From an uncultured Clostridia bacterium (GTDB lineage: Bacteria > Bacillota > Clostridia > TANB77 > CAG-508): a stretch of DNA of 64,000 nucleotides. The stretch is from the NCBI GenBank assembly GCA_934167445.1, contig CAKPKJ010000005.1, positions 3,071 to 67,070 of the forward strand. The letters are read 5' to 3'. A program made the translations under genes and the position numbers. A model generated the notes under the pieces. It saw only the letters and a list, made by a program, of their open reading frames with translations, did no database searches and had not been told where the DNA came from. Shown here piece after piece: positions 38,510 through 49,373 of this stretch; position 1 is the stretch's first letter; each line of letters begins with the position of its first letter.

Positions 38510-39328
38510 CTATGCAATTTTTAATTCCAATCTTAATTTGTCTGCAATCATTGCAATAAATTCTGAATTAGTTGGCTTTCCCTTAGCAGCTGAAATTGTA
38601 TATCCAAATATTTTTTCAACAGTTTTTTGGTCTCCACGTCCCCAAGCCACTTCTATTGCATGACGTATTGCACGTTCTACTCTACTTGGTGTTGTGTTAA
38701 ATCTGTCTGCAATTTGAGGATATAAACTTTTTGTTATTTGATTTATAACTTCTATATCATTTATCACCATTATTATAGCTTCACGTAGATATTGGTAGCC
38801 TTTTATGTGTGCCGGAACTCCAACTTCATGTATTAAATTAGTTACTAATGCTTCTATATTTTGGTCTGTGCCTACTTTGGTTGGGTCAACATCAATGTAT
38901 AATTTGTTGTTATCTTTTGCTATAAAATTATTTCTAACTGGTTCTGGTTTATAAAATTTTATTTCTCTAATTCTTTTTATTAATAATTCAATGTCAAAAG
39001 GTTTCACTACATAGTATTCTGCACCTAATTCTATTGCTTTTTGTGTTATTTTGTCTTGTCCAACTGCTGATAACATTATAAATGTTGAAGGTATTAAACC
39101 TGATCTAGAATTTATTTTTTCTAGAACTCCTAATCCATCTAAATGAGGCATTATTACATCTAATAAAACTATATCAGGTCTTACCGTTGATATTAAATTT
39201 ACGGCTTCGTTTCCATCTTTTGTGATTCCTATTACCTCCATATCATCTTGCTCATTTATATAATTTGATAATGTGTGAGCAAATTCTTGGTTATCATCTG
39301 CTATTAATACTGAAATTTTTTCTTTCAT
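38510..39328 (-). CDS. spo0A: Sporulation master regulator Spo0A
   Basis: Receiver domain (VLIADDN..., DVIMPHLDG) and the diagnostic Spo0A C-terminal domain ([39 protein letters not shown]). Confidence 0.97.
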   Translation of the reverse strand: MKEKISVLIADDNQEFAHTLSNYINEQDDMEVIGITKDGNEAVNLISTVRPDIVLLDVIMPHLDGLGVLEKINSRSGLIPSTFIMLSAVGQDKITQKAIELGAEYYVVKPFDIELLIKRIREIKFYKPEPVRNNFIAKDNNKLYIDVDPTKVGTDQNIEALVTNLIHEVGVPAHIKGYQYLREAIIMVINDIEVINQITKSLYPQIADRFNTTPSRVERAIRHAIEVAWGRGDQKTVEKIFGYTISAAKGKPTNSEFIAMIADKLRLELKIA

Positions 39329-39447
39329 TTTTTTCCCCTCCTAATTTTCATTTGTAAATTTTTTACAATTCAAATTATATTACTAGGGGGATTATTTTTC
39401 AATATTTTTTGGAAATTTTTTCCATTTATTATATGAAAGTGCCAAAA

Positions 39448-40092
39448 TCATATACATTTCGTTATATATTTTTTACAAATATCTTGGTATTCTAGTATTT
39501 TTATTTTTTTTGTTTTAAAGTCTTCTGTTATTTTTTCTTTTTTATCTTTTTCCAACTCAATTTTACATACGATTTTTTCTTCATATTTTGTTTCTACTAT
39601 ATTTATCTCATTATTTTTACAATAATATTTAAAATTTTCCAATTCACTATATTCTAATTTTACTTCTAGTTGTGCTCCTAATTTTTTTTGTATTTTTATA
39701 CTTTTTTCAATTGCTAATAATAAACTATCTGAATATGCTCTTACTAATCCACCTGTACCTAGCAAAATTCCGCCAAAATATCTTGTTACTATAATTAATA
39801 TATTTACATATTCATTTTTTTGTAATATGTTAAGCATTGGTGCTCCTGCAGTTCCTGATGGTTCTCCATCATCACTAAATCTTTCTAATATTTGATTATT
39901 TTCAATTACCCTATATGCGATACAATTATGTCGTGCATCAAAATATCTCTTTTTAGTTTTTTTTATTATTTCTTCGGCTTCTTCTATGCTTTCTATATAA
40001 AATAAATTTGCAATAAATTTTGATTTTTTTTCTACTATTTCAGCTTGTACATTATTTTGTATTGTAAAAAAGCTTTTTATCTCATTTGCCAT
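39448..40092 (-). CDS. YigZ/IMPACT-family protein (UPF0029)
   Basis: EIVEKKSKFIANLFYIES...ARHNCIAYRV...DDGEPSGTAGAPML...VTRYFGGILLGTGGLVRAY matches the YigZ pattern. I prefer the ATG at 40092 (MANEIKS...). Confidence 0.8.
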   Translation of the reverse strand: MANEIKSFFTIQNNVQAEIVEKKSKFIANLFYIESIEEAEEIIKKTKKRYFDARHNCIAYRVIENNQILERFSDDGEPSGTAGAPMLNILQKNEYVNILIIVTRYFGGILLGTGGLVRAYSDSLLLAIEKSIKIQKKLGAQLEVKLEYSELENFKYYCKNNEINIVETKYEEKIVCKIELEKDKKEKITEDFKTKKIKILEYQDICKKYITKCI

Positions 40093-40170
40093 TATTTTTG
40101 CATCGCTCCTTTGCTTGTTTTTTACACATATGCAAATCTCAAAATGATTTATAAACATCTATTTCAAAAT

Positions 40171-41562
40171 CTACTTTGTTTGAGTTTTTTTGCTTCCTGC
40201 GTTTTTACCTGCAACATATCCTGTAGAATATGCTATTTGCAAATTAAATCCTCCTGTATAACTGTCTACATCTATTATTTCTCCTGCTAGATATAAGTTC
40301 TCTACAAGTTTTGATTCCATTGTTTTAGGGTTAATTTCTTTTACTTTAATTCCACCACTTGTAATTATAGCTTCATCTATAGGTCTAGTATTTTTTATAT
40401 GTATCTTAAAATTTTTTAATATTTGTACTAGATTTTTTCTCTCTTCTTTTGTTATTTCATTAACTTTTTTATCTGGGTTTATTTTACTTTTTTCTATTAT
40501 TACTGGTATTAATTTTTGTGGTAATAGTTTATCCAAACTATTTTTATATTGTTTATTTTTAAATTCTGTAAAATCCCTTAATATTCTTGCTTCTAATTTT
40601 TGTTCTGAAAGGGCAGGTTTAAAATCTATAATTAATTCTATAGTTTTATTTTTGCACTTTTCTTTGGCATTTTTATATCTTACTAAATGTGCTGAACTAC
40701 TTAATATTATAGGTCCTGATATTCCAAAATGTGTGAACATCATTTCTCCAAAGTCTTCATATATAATCTTATCTTTTTCTGTATCTAATAATTTTATTGA
40801 TACATTTCTTAAGCTTAGTCCTTGCAATTCTTTACACATATTTCGTTCATATGTTTCTAATGGTACTAGAGATGGTTTTATTTGACTTAGTGTATGTCCT
40901 AAATTTTCAGCCATTTTGTATCCATCACCGGTTGAACCTGTTAATGGATAGCTTTTTCCACCTGTTGCAAGTATTACACAATCAGCTAAAATTTTTTCTT
41001 TTTCTGTTTTTATACCTATTACCTTATATTTTCTATTATCTGTTTTATTTTCTTTATTAGTAACTTTTTTTGATAATTGGCTCACATTTTCTTCTGATTT
41101 GTCAGTACTTTCATTGGATTTATTGTCTTTCGTTTCTGTATTTATTTCGTCTACTAAAATTTCTTTGACTTTAGTATTGTATAAAATTTCAACTTTATTT
41201 TCTTTTAATTTCTTGGTAAAACATTTTAATACATCTTGTGAATGGTCTGTTATTGGGAATATTCTGTTCCCTCTTTCTTCTTTTACTTCTAATCCTTGTT
41301 CTTTTAAAAATTTTATTATATTATTATTATCAAATTGTTGATAACTACTATATAAAAATCTTCCATTTCCTGGTGTATTTTTTATAAACTCATCAATAGG
41401 CAAAGAGGAGGTTATATTACACCTCCCTTTGCCTGTTATTAATAATTTTCGTCCTAATGACTGCATTTTTTCAATCAGTAAGACTTCATTTTCTTTATCT
41501 TGGCTAGCTGTTATCGCTGCCATCATTCCTGCGGGTCCTCCACCAATTACTACTATTTTCAT
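40171..41562 (-). CDS. BaiN/HI0933-family NAD(FAD)-utilising flavoprotein with a low-complexity insertion
   Basis: MKIVVIGGGPAGMMAAI dinucleotide-binding N-terminus, GKGRCNIT, and a C-terminal YLAGEIIDVDSYTGGFNLQ motif. Carries a ~45-aa K/N/E-rich insert. Confidence 0.8.
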   Translation of the reverse strand: MKIVVIGGGPAGMMAAITASQDKENEVLLIEKMQSLGRKLLITGKGRCNITSSLPIDEFIKNTPGNGRFLYSSYQQFDNNNIIKFLKEQGLEVKEERGNRIFPITDHSQDVLKCFTKKLKENKVEILYNTKVKEILVDEINTETKDNKSNESTDKSEENVSQLSKKVTNKENKTDNRKYKVIGIKTEKEKILADCVILATGGKSYPLTGSTGDGYKMAENLGHTLSQIKPSLVPLETYERNMCKELQGLSLRNVSIKLLDTEKDKIIYEDFGEMMFTHFGISGPIILSSSAHLVRYKNAKEKCKNKTIELIIDFKPALSEQKLEARILRDFTEFKNKQYKNSLDKLLPQKLIPVIIEKSKINPDKKVNEITKEERKNLVQILKNFKIHIKNTRPIDEAIITSGGIKVKEINPKTMESKLVENLYLAGEIIDVDSYTGGFNLQIAYSTGYVAGKNAGSKKTQTK

Positions 41563-41593
41563 TTAATTACCTCTTGGTTATAACTTTTTGTTT

Positions 41594-42175
41594 TTAGTCA
41601 TCATTTAAATATTTTTTATGCTTATTTTTTTCTTCTGCCTCTTCTTCAGGCTCTGGCATCAACCATTCTATTCCATCTTCATTTAAATTTGTTTTTTCAG
41701 GTTTACTCTCTTTTTTTGTTTCTGTCTTTTCCTTTTTCATAGGTTCATCTTTCTTAGTTTCTACCTTTTCCTTTTTCATAGGTTCATCTTTCTTAGTTTT
41801 TGCCTTTTCCTTTTTCATAGGGGCATCTTTTTTAGTTTCTGTTTTTGTTTTATTTGTTTTTTCTTCTTTTTCTTCTTTTATTGATATGTCTAAATCATTT
41901 GTATTATCCACAATTGGTTCGTTTTCTGTTGATAATTTTTCTTCATTTGAGGTGTCTTCTACCATTTTGAATAAATCAACATATTGTGAATTTGATTTTT
42001 TTACTTCTGATTTTTTGTTGTTAATTTCTTTTTTTACTCTTTTTTGTGCTTCTTTTTTGTCTTTTTCAATTTTTCTTTCTCTTTTTCTTTCTCTTTTTCT
42101 TTCTGACATTCCTCCAAATATTAGTACTCCTGTTACTAGTATAATTAATATTAATAAAATAACTACAACTAACAT
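41594..42175 (-). CDS. Membrane-anchored K/E-rich repeat protein, hypothetical
   Basis: N-terminal TM segment (MLVVVILLILIILVTGVLIFGG), then a highly charged sequence containing three 13-aa repeats TKKD(E/A)PMKKEK.. Confidence 0.55.
   Translation of the reverse strand: MLVVVILLILIILVTGVLIFGGMSERKRERKRERKIEKDKKEAQKRVKKEINNKKSEVKKSNSQYVDLFKMVEDTSNEEKLSTENEPIVDNTNDLDISIKEEKEEKTNKTKTETKKDAPMKKEKAKTKKDEPMKKEKVETKKDEPMKKEKTETKKESKPEKTNLNEDGIEWLMPEPEEEAEEKNKHKKYLNDD
41726..41842. repeat. 39-bp tandem repeat, three copies, inside the K/E-rich gene
   Basis: CTTTTCCTTTTTCATAGG(T/G)(T/G)CATCTTT... begins at 41726, 41765 and 41804. Confidence 0.8.
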
Positions 42176-42210
42176 ATTTTTTCCTCCTCGTATCTTTTAA
42201 TTAAATTATC

Positions 42211-43449
42211 TTAATCTTTTTCCATAAATTCTATTGCTTTTAGTATTCCTAATTTACCATATTCGTATGTAAGTCCTCCTTGCATATATGCTATATATGG
42301 TTCTCTTATTGGACCGTCACAGCTAAGTTCTATTGTTGAACCTTGTGTAAATGTTCCTGCTGCCATTATTACTTTGTCTTCATACCCTCCCATATCTCCT
42401 GGGTATGGCAAAACATTTGAATCTATTGGTGATCCTTTTTGTATTCCTTGACAGAATTTAACTAGTTTTTCTTCTGAGCCTAATATTAAAGTTTGAACTA
42501 TATCTGCTCTTTTAGCATCTGAAGTTGGTTCTACATTATATCCTAGTTTTTCTAGCATTTTACTTGCAAATATTGCAGTTTTTACACTACTTTTAACTAC
42601 TGATGGTGCAAAAAATAGTCCTTTTAATAATAATGGATTTTGATTTAATGATGGTCCTATTTCTTTTCCTATTCCTGGTGATGTTAATCTTTCTGCACAT
42701 AATTCAACTAAATCTTTTTTTCCTACTATATATGCTCCAGATGTTGCAATTCCTGCTCCTAAATTTTTCATAAGTGAGCCAACTGCTATATCTGCTCCCG
42801 CTTCTATCGGTTCTTTTTCTTCAACAAATTCTCCATAACAATTGTCTACCATAATTATTACTTCATTATTTACTTTTCTAATCTCTTTTATTATTTTTTC
42901 AATTTTTTCTATATTTATACTTTCTCTTGTTGAATATCCTCTAGATTTTTGAATTTCTACCAATTTTACATCTTTTTTGGCTAATCTTTCTTTTATTTTT
43001 TCTGCGTCAAATTCATTGTTAATTAACTCTATTTGCTCGTATTTTACTCCAAATGCTTTCAATGAACTGTTGCTTTCTTCTGAACTTATTCCAATTACTG
43101 TTTGTAATGTGTCATATGGCTCTCCTGAAATACTTATCATCGTATCTCCTGGACGTAATAAGCCAAATAATGTAACTGTTAGTGCGTGTGTTCCTGAAAT
43201 TAATTGAGTCCTTACTAATGCATCTTCTGCTTTAAACACTTTGGCATAAATTTCTTCTATTTTGTTTCTTCCTGGTTCATCAATTCCATAACCTGTTGAA
43301 GAATTCATATGTGCTTCTTGCAAATCACATTCTTGAAATGCTTCCAACACTTTTTTACTATTTTTTTCACATAATTTATCTAATTTTTTAAATTGTGGTT
43401 CTAATTCTTTTTCTACTTCTTCTGCTAGCTTTTCTAATTCTCGTTGCAT
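42211..43449 (-). CDS. YnbB-type PLP-dependent enzyme (Met_gamma_lyase family, aluminium-resistance-protein-like)
   Basis: 412 aa. The N-terminal ...NSKKVLEAFQECDLQEAHMNSSTGYGIDEPGR..IEEIYAKVFKAEDALVRTQLISGTHAL pattern is typical of this family. Confidence 0.75.
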   Translation of the reverse strand: MQRELEKLAEEVEKELEPQFKKLDKLCEKNSKKVLEAFQECDLQEAHMNSSTGYGIDEPGRNKIEEIYAKVFKAEDALVRTQLISGTHALTVTLFGLLRPGDTMISISGEPYDTLQTVIGISSEESNSSLKAFGVKYEQIELINNEFDAEKIKERLAKKDVKLVEIQKSRGYSTRESINIEKIEKIIKEIRKVNNEVIIMVDNCYGEFVEEKEPIEAGADIAVGSLMKNLGAGIATSGAYIVGKKDLVELCAERLTSPGIGKEIGPSLNQNPLLLKGLFFAPSVVKSSVKTAIFASKMLEKLGYNVEPTSDAKRADIVQTLILGSEEKLVKFCQGIQKGSPIDSNVLPYPGDMGGYEDKVIMAAGTFTQGSTIELSCDGPIREPYIAYMQGGLTYEYGKLGILKAIEFMEKD

Positions 43450-43570
43450 TTTTATTCCTCCTCAAATTTTAACATCTACATTTTACTACAATAAGCTACT
43501 TTTTTCAAGCCAAACTGCTAACAATTAAGGTTATAATATTTTTAGATTTATTAATCAAGACTTTAACTAT

Positions 43571-43610
43571 AAAACTAAAAGAGATAGGAATTTAAAAATC
43601 TCCTACCTCT
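43571..43610 (-). terminator. Terminator after the adhesin gene
   Basis: Minus strand AGAGGUAGGA-(11 nt)-UCCUAUCUCU with one G-U pair (A-C on the plus strand), followed by TTTAGTTTTAT. Confidence 0.6.
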
Positions 43611-43646
43611 TTTATCATATTAACAATATTAATGTAATCTATTTAA

Positions 43647-46600
43647 TTATAATATATATTTCTTAATTAGGAATATACCACCTGCTAATGTTACTAATAC
43701 AATTCCACCTAATGTAAAATATGTTCTAGCAGCACCTGTACTTACAGATAGCATAACTGGTGCATCATCTATATCATCTTCTCCTGGTTTTTGGTTGTCT
43801 GGAGTAGAATCTTTATCTGGTATATTGTAGTCATTATAATCTTTAGATATTTCTGCTGTATTTACTTTTAATCCCATATTGTCTGCATTGTTAATCCATG
43901 TTAGTATTACTTCTACATCTGCATATTCTCCTGGTTGTAGTAATGTATTTGCTAATGCATCTGTTGTAATTATATTATCACTTACTTGTGTCCATTGTGG
44001 ATTATCTTCAGCTAAGAATTTTAATCCTTCTGGAATATAATCTTTTACTTCTTTTGCATATCCTGCAATTTCACCTTCATTTACTACACGGATTGAGTAT
44101 CTAAATTTAACTGTTACATCATTTATATGTTTTCTATGTAAATCTACTTTTACAATTTCTTCTGGGTCATCATATGGTTGATGTCCTGTTTCTGTAATAG
44201 TTGTTCCATTTTTGTCTGTTACTATTGCTTGTGTTACCCATTTTCTTAAAGCTAAGTCGAATGTTTTTACTATTACTTTTTCAAAATCGTCATCATCTTG
44301 TTGCCCTGGTACATAATCTCCTTTTTCATCGCCTTTATATCCTGGCAAATCGCTATCTGCTGGTAATTTTACATTATTAGCTTGAGAATCTCTGTCTGTT
44401 ACTTTATTTTTATTTTCGTCTTTATATTCTGTTATATCTGCAATATTTGTAATGTTTTCGCTTGTTTTTGCATTTTCAGATACCTTACACATAATTGGAA
44501 CTTCTACATATGACAATACATATTTTCCACTCTCATCTTTTTCAGCTTTATTAATTAGGCTGTTTGATAAATATGTAGTTGTAACTGTTCTACCATCGTC
44601 TGAAATTGTCCAGCCATATTTTTTGTTGTAATCATTATCTACAAATTCTAAATATGGAGGTAAATGGTCTTTAATTTCTGAAGCATATCCATTGATATCA
44701 CCTTCATTATATACTCTTAACATATATACAACCATATCATTTTGTTTAACTATTATTGGTTCTTTTGTATGATTATATGTAGCTGTTGTAATTAATTTTC
44801 CATTATCGCCATTTGTATTTAATTTTGATGTATCTACAACTGGTGCTCTTTTATATGAACCATCTGCATTTTTTAAATATTCATTATCATCAATTTGCTC
44901 ATCTTCGCTTACTGCTGCTATGAATTTTCTTAGAGCTAAGTCAAATGATTGTAATTTTATGTTATCATAATCCTCATCGTCTTCATATTTTTTCCAAATA
45001 TTTGTATCTGAGTCTCTATCGTCTACCTCGTTTCCACCTTTATCTGTATCCTTAGAAATACAAGCTTCGTTTCTTATTATTGTTCCAACATTTTCTGATG
45101 TTACTCTAAATTTAACTGGAACTTCTTTATATGATAAATCTTTTTCTGTTTTTGTTCCATCATTACTTCCAAATGCTTTTATTAAATTTGCTCCTGGAGT
45201 TGTTTCATTGTCCTTTGATAAATATGATGTAGATATTTGTGTTATTTTGTCCTTGTTGTCATTATATTTAAAATTACTCCATAAATATTTTTGGTTAAAT
45301 TCAATTGCTTCTTTTTCGTCGGCTGATAAAGTTGTATCTGCTTTTAAGTCTTCTCCTTCTTTTTCTGACCATAAAAATTCTAGTCCGTCTGGAATGTCTT
45401 CTGTTAGTTCAGAAGCATATCCATCTATTGTTCCTTCGTTGTATACTCTAAATGTATATGTAACTATGTCACCTTTTTTTACCCCGACTGGTTCTTTGTT
45501 TAGTGTATAATCAGCTGTTGTTATTAAATTACCATCAGCACCTATTGTATTTAATTTACTAGCATCTATTTTTTCAATTCTTTCAGGTACATTTTGATTA
45601 TTTACAGCTGTGATTCTCTTGATTAGTTTTAAGTCAAATGATTCTGGCATTAAAATTAACTTTTCAAAGTCATCATCATCTTGTTGTCCTTTATAATAAT
45701 AGTCTTTATCTGTTAAGTCCTCTTTATTTCCATTTCCTCTATAATTTGACATATTGTCTTTGTTTGCATCTGGTTTTGTACTTGGTTCAGAGTCTCTATC
45801 AGCACCTTTTTGATTAGTTATTGTTACTCCTGTTTCTCCATTTATTTCTTCTGAAATATATGCTATATTTGTTAAAACTGTATTTTTTACTGCATCAGGT
45901 GTAGCTTCTACTGTACATTCAATTTCTATTGTTTCTGATGATAAGTTGCCTGTTGTATATCCAGATAAATCTGTTGTATTTCCAACTTTTCTTGTTAAAT
46001 TTAATGTGTTTGATTCTTCATTATAAGCATTTGCTTCAAAATTACCACTAACTACTTTACTAAACTTTAATCCTGTTGGTAATTGATCTACTACTTTAGT
46101 AGCTCTTCCTGCTGAATTTCCTTCGTTATATATTGTCATCTTATATGTTACAACATCACCTGTTTTTACTAATACAGGATCTTTTTTGTGTTTATAAGTT
46201 GCTGTTGTTGCTGTTGTTAATGCAGATTCATCAACATTTGGTACTCTTGAATTAGCTCCTGTTAATTCTTCTCCGTTTATTTTTGTTATGTATTTTCTTA
46301 ATGCTAAATCAAATGTTTTATTACTTAATGTTATCTCTTCAGATTTTGGTTCTTCTGTTGGAATCATAACAGGTTGTTCTTGATTATTTTTTGTTGAAGC
46401 CCATAATTTAAGTGATGTATTATTATAATTTATTCTTATTGAAACAGAAAGATTATCTGAATTAGCTTGTGGTACAGAAATATAAAAGTCTTGTCCAACT
46501 AAATCTTTTACAGTTGTGCCTTGAACAACTTCTGATTTATTATTATTTAATAATTTATAATCATTTATAACTGTATCACCATTTTTTACAGTAATGTCAA

Positions 46601-47546
46601 TTGTATATGGCAACGTGTTTCCTGTTGTCTCTTCAATATGTATTGGACCAGCTATACAATTTGAATTTGAAATTTCACAGCTTAATGTATTTGTTATTAC
46701 TCTAGCAGGTGCTCCTGTTTGTACTTCTGCATTTGTATAATTATTTGCATTTGCTATTGCAGTTTTTATCAAATATTTATATAAAATTTCAGCTTGTTCT
46801 TGTCTTTGTCTACCTTCATTTGTTGACAAATTATAATCTCCTAAGCTTGTATATGCTACACCATCTGTTGTATAGTTTAGCCATCCTGTGTCTTGTGTTT
46901 TATCATATTTTCCGTTTTCTTCACCATAATTTGTAAAATACCATATTGCTGCTTGTTGAACTGCTGTAATATCATCTCTTGTTAAAAGCACATTGTACGC
47001 ATCTGATGTTATTCCAGCCAATTTTAGATATTCTGTTTTTGCTGTTTCATTGTTTTCCTCATCAATTAGATATAATCTGTCTGCTAATGCAAGTAATGCA
47101 TCATATTTACTAACTGTTGTATTTCCTGATGTAACGTTTCCTTCTACAATACTCTTTAATGTTTCATTTTGTGCTTTTATTTGTTCTCTTTCAGTTTTCA
47201 TATCATAAAAAACATTATATTCTGCCCTTTTATGAGTATTACTAAAACCTACACCTGCTTTTACGCAATAGATATTTTTAGCTCCATTGGCTTTTTCTTG
47301 TGCACCGTCATCTGCACTTGTATATTCTAAAATATTCCATATTTTAGCAGCATTTCCTGTTGCTCCATTTGTGTTTGGATCACCTATTGCATAACCAAAA
47401 TTTGGTGTGTCATTTTTTCTCAATTCTGTGACTCCCAAATATAAAGGTGTTGATGTTGTTGCTGCTTGTACTTCTGGTGTTACTATTCCTAATAAAAGTG
47501 TAATGACTAAAATCATTACAGAAAACAAGATTCCTTTCTGTCTCAT
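43647..47546 (-). CDS. Large cell-surface adhesin: signal peptide, thioester (TED-like) domain, four DUF11/Cna-B-like repeats and a C-terminal sorting-signal-like TM tail
   Basis: ATG at 47544-47546 (MRQKGILFSVMILVITLLLGIVTPEVQA) with an AAAGGAG SD. NIYCVKAGVGF and VQQAAIWYFTN resemble the Cys and Gln motifs of thioester domains. Repeats FDLALRK[YFW].. / FDLKLIKR.. are each followed by D.DS.. motifs. The tail is ...LSVSTGAARTYFTLGGIVLVTLAGGIFLIKKYIL. Confidence 0.8.
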   Translation of the reverse strand: MRQKGILFSVMILVITLLLGIVTPEVQAATTSTPLYLGVTELRKNDTPNFGYAIGDPNTNGATGNAAKIWNILEYTSADDGAQEKANGAKNIYCVKAGVGFSNTHKRAEYNVFYDMKTEREQIKAQNETLKSIVEGNVTSGNTTVSKYDALLALADRLYLIDEENNETAKTEYLKLAGITSDAYNVLLTRDDITAVQQAAIWYFTNYGEENGKYDKTQDTGWLNYTTDGVAYTSLGDYNLSTNEGRQRQEQAEILYKYLIKTAIANANNYTNAEVQTGAPARVITNTLSCEISNSNCIAGPIHIEETTGNTLPYTIDITVKNGDTVINDYKLLNNNKSEVVQGTTVKDLVGQDFYISVPQANSDNLSVSIRINYNNTSLKLWASTKNNQEQPVMIPTEEPKSEEITLSNKTFDLALRKYITKINGEELTGANSRVPNVDESALTTATTATYKHKKDPVLVKTGDVVTYKMTIYNEGNSAGRATKVVDQLPTGLKFSKVVSGNFEANAYNEESNTLNLTRKVGNTTDLSGYTTGNLSSETIEIECTVEATPDAVKNTVLTNIAYISEEINGETGVTITNQKGADRDSEPSTKPDANKDNMSNYRGNGNKEDLTDKDYYYKGQQDDDDFEKLILMPESFDLKLIKRITAVNNQNVPERIEKIDASKLNTIGADGNLITTADYTLNKEPVGVKKGDIVTYTFRVYNEGTIDGYASELTEDIPDGLEFLWSEKEGEDLKADTTLSADEKEAIEFNQKYLWSNFKYNDNKDKITQISTSYLSKDNETTPGANLIKAFGSNDGTKTEKDLSYKEVPVKFRVTSENVGTIIRNEACISKDTDKGGNEVDDRDSDTNIWKKYEDDEDYDNIKLQSFDLALRKFIAAVSEDEQIDDNEYLKNADGSYKRAPVVDTSKLNTNGDNGKLITTATYNHTKEPIIVKQNDMVVYMLRVYNEGDINGYASEIKDHLPPYLEFVDNDYNKKYGWTISDDGRTVTTTYLSNSLINKAEKDESGKYVLSYVEVPIMCKVSENAKTSENITNIADITEYKDENKNKVTDRDSQANNVKLPADSDLPGYKGDEKGDYVPGQQDDDDFEKVIVKTFDLALRKWVTQAIVTDKNGTTITETGHQPYDDPEEIVKVDLHRKHINDVTVKFRYSIRVVNEGEIAGYAKEVKDYIPEGLKFLAEDNPQWTQVSDNIITTDALANTLLQPGEYADVEVILTWINNADNMGLKVNTAEISKDYNDYNIPDKDSTPDNQKPGEDDIDDAPVMLSVSTGAARTYFTLGGIVLVTLAGGIFLIKKYIL

Positions 47547-47847
47547 TTTTTTATCTCCTTTACATATTAAAATATAATCTTTCTGTCTATATTTTACTAT
47601 ATTTTTGCCGTTAGTCAATAGGGTATTTTTTCTATATTTTTCTTATACTTTTTATTCTCTGTATTAACTTACGGAACCAAGAATTTTAAAATATGCTCTT
47701 AAAAATGCTCTTACATTACAATTATATTACATTTTTCTTGCAAAATCAATATTTTATGTGAATTTAATTCTATATTTCGCTTGTCCGTAAGTATATGGTT
47801 GTTTTCATATTTTGATATTATTTTTCATATACTTAAATGGTGATATT

Positions 47848-49053
47848 ATGTCTTTAAAAAAATATTTTAAAAAATTTGTATTTTCTTTTATTTTGCTATT
47901 ATTTTTTTGTAATACATCTTCGTTATTTAAGAGTTATTCATTAGCTAATAGCTTAGATATAAATGCTCGTTCTTACATTGTTTTAGATAGAAAAAGCAAG
48001 CAAGTTATCATTGGAAAAAATGAATATTCCAAAGTAAAAATGGCTTCTACAACAAAAATTATGACAGCAACAATCATTATTGAAAACTGTAATCTTAACG
48101 ATATTGTAACTATCTCTAAAAAAGCTTCCAGAACAGGTGGCTCTCGACTTGGCTTGAAAGCAAATGATAAAATAAGCGTTTTAAATTTGCTATATGGTTT
48201 ATTACTTTGTTCTGGGAATGATGCCGCTGTTGCACTTGCTGAACATTGTTCAGGCTCTGTTACAGAATTTTGTAATTTAATGAATCAAAAAGCTTATGAA
48301 TTAGGCTTAGCTAATTCTCATTTTGAGAGTCCTCACGGGTTAGATTCAGACAATCATTATACAACTGCATATGAACTTGCTTTACTTACAAATTACGCAC
48401 TTCATAATAAGATTTTTTCTAATATAGTTGGAACACAAAGATATACTGTGACTATTAATAATTATTCTAAGGAACTCCATAATTCTAATGAATTACTAGG
48501 CAGTACAAATGGTGTTTATGGAGTAAAAACGGGATTTACAAATGGTGCTAATCGATGTTTGGTAACTGCTTGCAAAAGAAATGATATGGATATTATTTGT
48601 GTGGTTCTTGGTTGTGACACTAAAAAGCTTAGAGGTCAAGATAGTATAAAATTAATTAACTATTGTTTTGATAATTTTAGATATATAAATGTGGAAGAAT
48701 TTTTATCTAAAAAATTAGATGATTGGCGTTCAAACAATATTAATTACTTTAATATTTCAAAAGGTTATTCTAATAATCTATGTATTACTTATGAAAATTT
48801 GAAAACTCCTGTTATTCCAATTAATAAGGAATATTTTGATAATTTAGATGTAAAATTTTCTATAACATCACAATTGTTTGCTCCTGTTTGGGCTAATTCT
48901 ATCATTGGTCAATATGAAATCAGTTCTCCAAATGGAGTAGTTGCAAATGGAAATATTATTGCAACAAATACTGTTCATAAGAAGAAGGCTTTTTTCTATT
49001 TTTTCAACTTTTTTAAGTATTATTCTAAAATTTTGAACTCTATAAATTTTTAA
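47848..49053 (+). CDS. Serine-type D-Ala-D-Ala carboxypeptidase (S11, PBP5/DacB-like)
   Basis: Signal peptide, SxxK (MASTTKIMTA), SGN (CSGNDAA) and KTG (VKTGFT) motifs. I prefer the ATG at 47848. Confidence 0.85.
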   Translation: MSLKKYFKKFVFSFILLLFFCNTSSLFKSYSLANSLDINARSYIVLDRKSKQVIIGKNEYSKVKMASTTKIMTATIIIENCNLNDIVTISKKASRTGGSRLGLKANDKISVLNLLYGLLLCSGNDAAVALAEHCSGSVTEFCNLMNQKAYELGLANSHFESPHGLDSDNHYTTAYELALLTNYALHNKIFSNIVGTQRYTVTINNYSKELHNSNELLGSTNGVYGVKTGFTNGANRCLVTACKRNDMDIICVVLGCDTKKLRGQDSIKLINYCFDNFRYINVEEFLSKKLDDWRSNNINYFNISKGYSNNLCITYENLKTPVIPINKEYFDNLDVKFSITSQLFAPVWANSIIGQYEISSPNGVVANGNIIATNTVHKKKAFFYFFNFFKYYSKILNSINF

Positions 49054-49092
49054 CAAATCACTAAATTTGTAAAAAATATTTTTTCCCAATAT

Positions 49093-49129
49093 AAAAACCT
49101 ATGTATATTTTAATTACATAGGCTTTTAT
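49093..49129. terminator. Bidirectional terminator between the carboxypeptidase gene and acpP
   Basis: CCTATGTA (49098-49105) pairs with TACATAGG (49115-49122). Flanked by an A-run and a T-run. Confidence 0.65.
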
Positions 49130-49130
49130 A

Positions 49131-49373
49131 TTATTTTACGTTTTCTTTAATGTAGTCAACTACATCTCCAACTGTTACAACTTTTTCAGCATCACTATCT
49201 GGAATTTCTATATCAAATTCTTCTTCTAATGCCATAACTAATTCAACTATGTCTAATGAATCAGCTCCTAAATCATCTATAAAAGATGCTTCCATTGTAA
49301 CTGCGCTTTCTGAAACGCCTAATTGTTCAACAATAATTCCTTTTACTTTTTCTAAAACTTCTTCTGAACTCAT
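49131..49373 (-). CDS. acpP: Acyl carrier protein
   Basis: [21 protein letters not shown] phosphopantetheine-attachment motif. The start is uncertain: I prefer the ATG at 49373, and the ORF track starts at 49388. Confidence 0.9.
   Translation of the reverse strand: MSSEEVLEKVKGIIVEQLGVSESAVTMEASFIDDLGADSLDIVELVMALEEEFDIEIPDSDAEKVVTVGDVVDYIKENVK

Noticed and set aside
39329-39447. Sigma-H promoter and 0A boxes upstream of spo0A
   Set aside because: A GAAT-containing -10-like element is present, but there is no convincing AGGA -35 and no exact 0A box. The evidence is too weak to annotate.
47671-47791. 9-bp inverted repeat ACTTACGGA ... TCCGTAAGT flanking the divergent adhesin / carboxypeptidase promoter region (possible invertible promoter)
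   Set aside because: The arms are too short to distinguish from chance, there is no recombinase nearby, and nothing else supports it.
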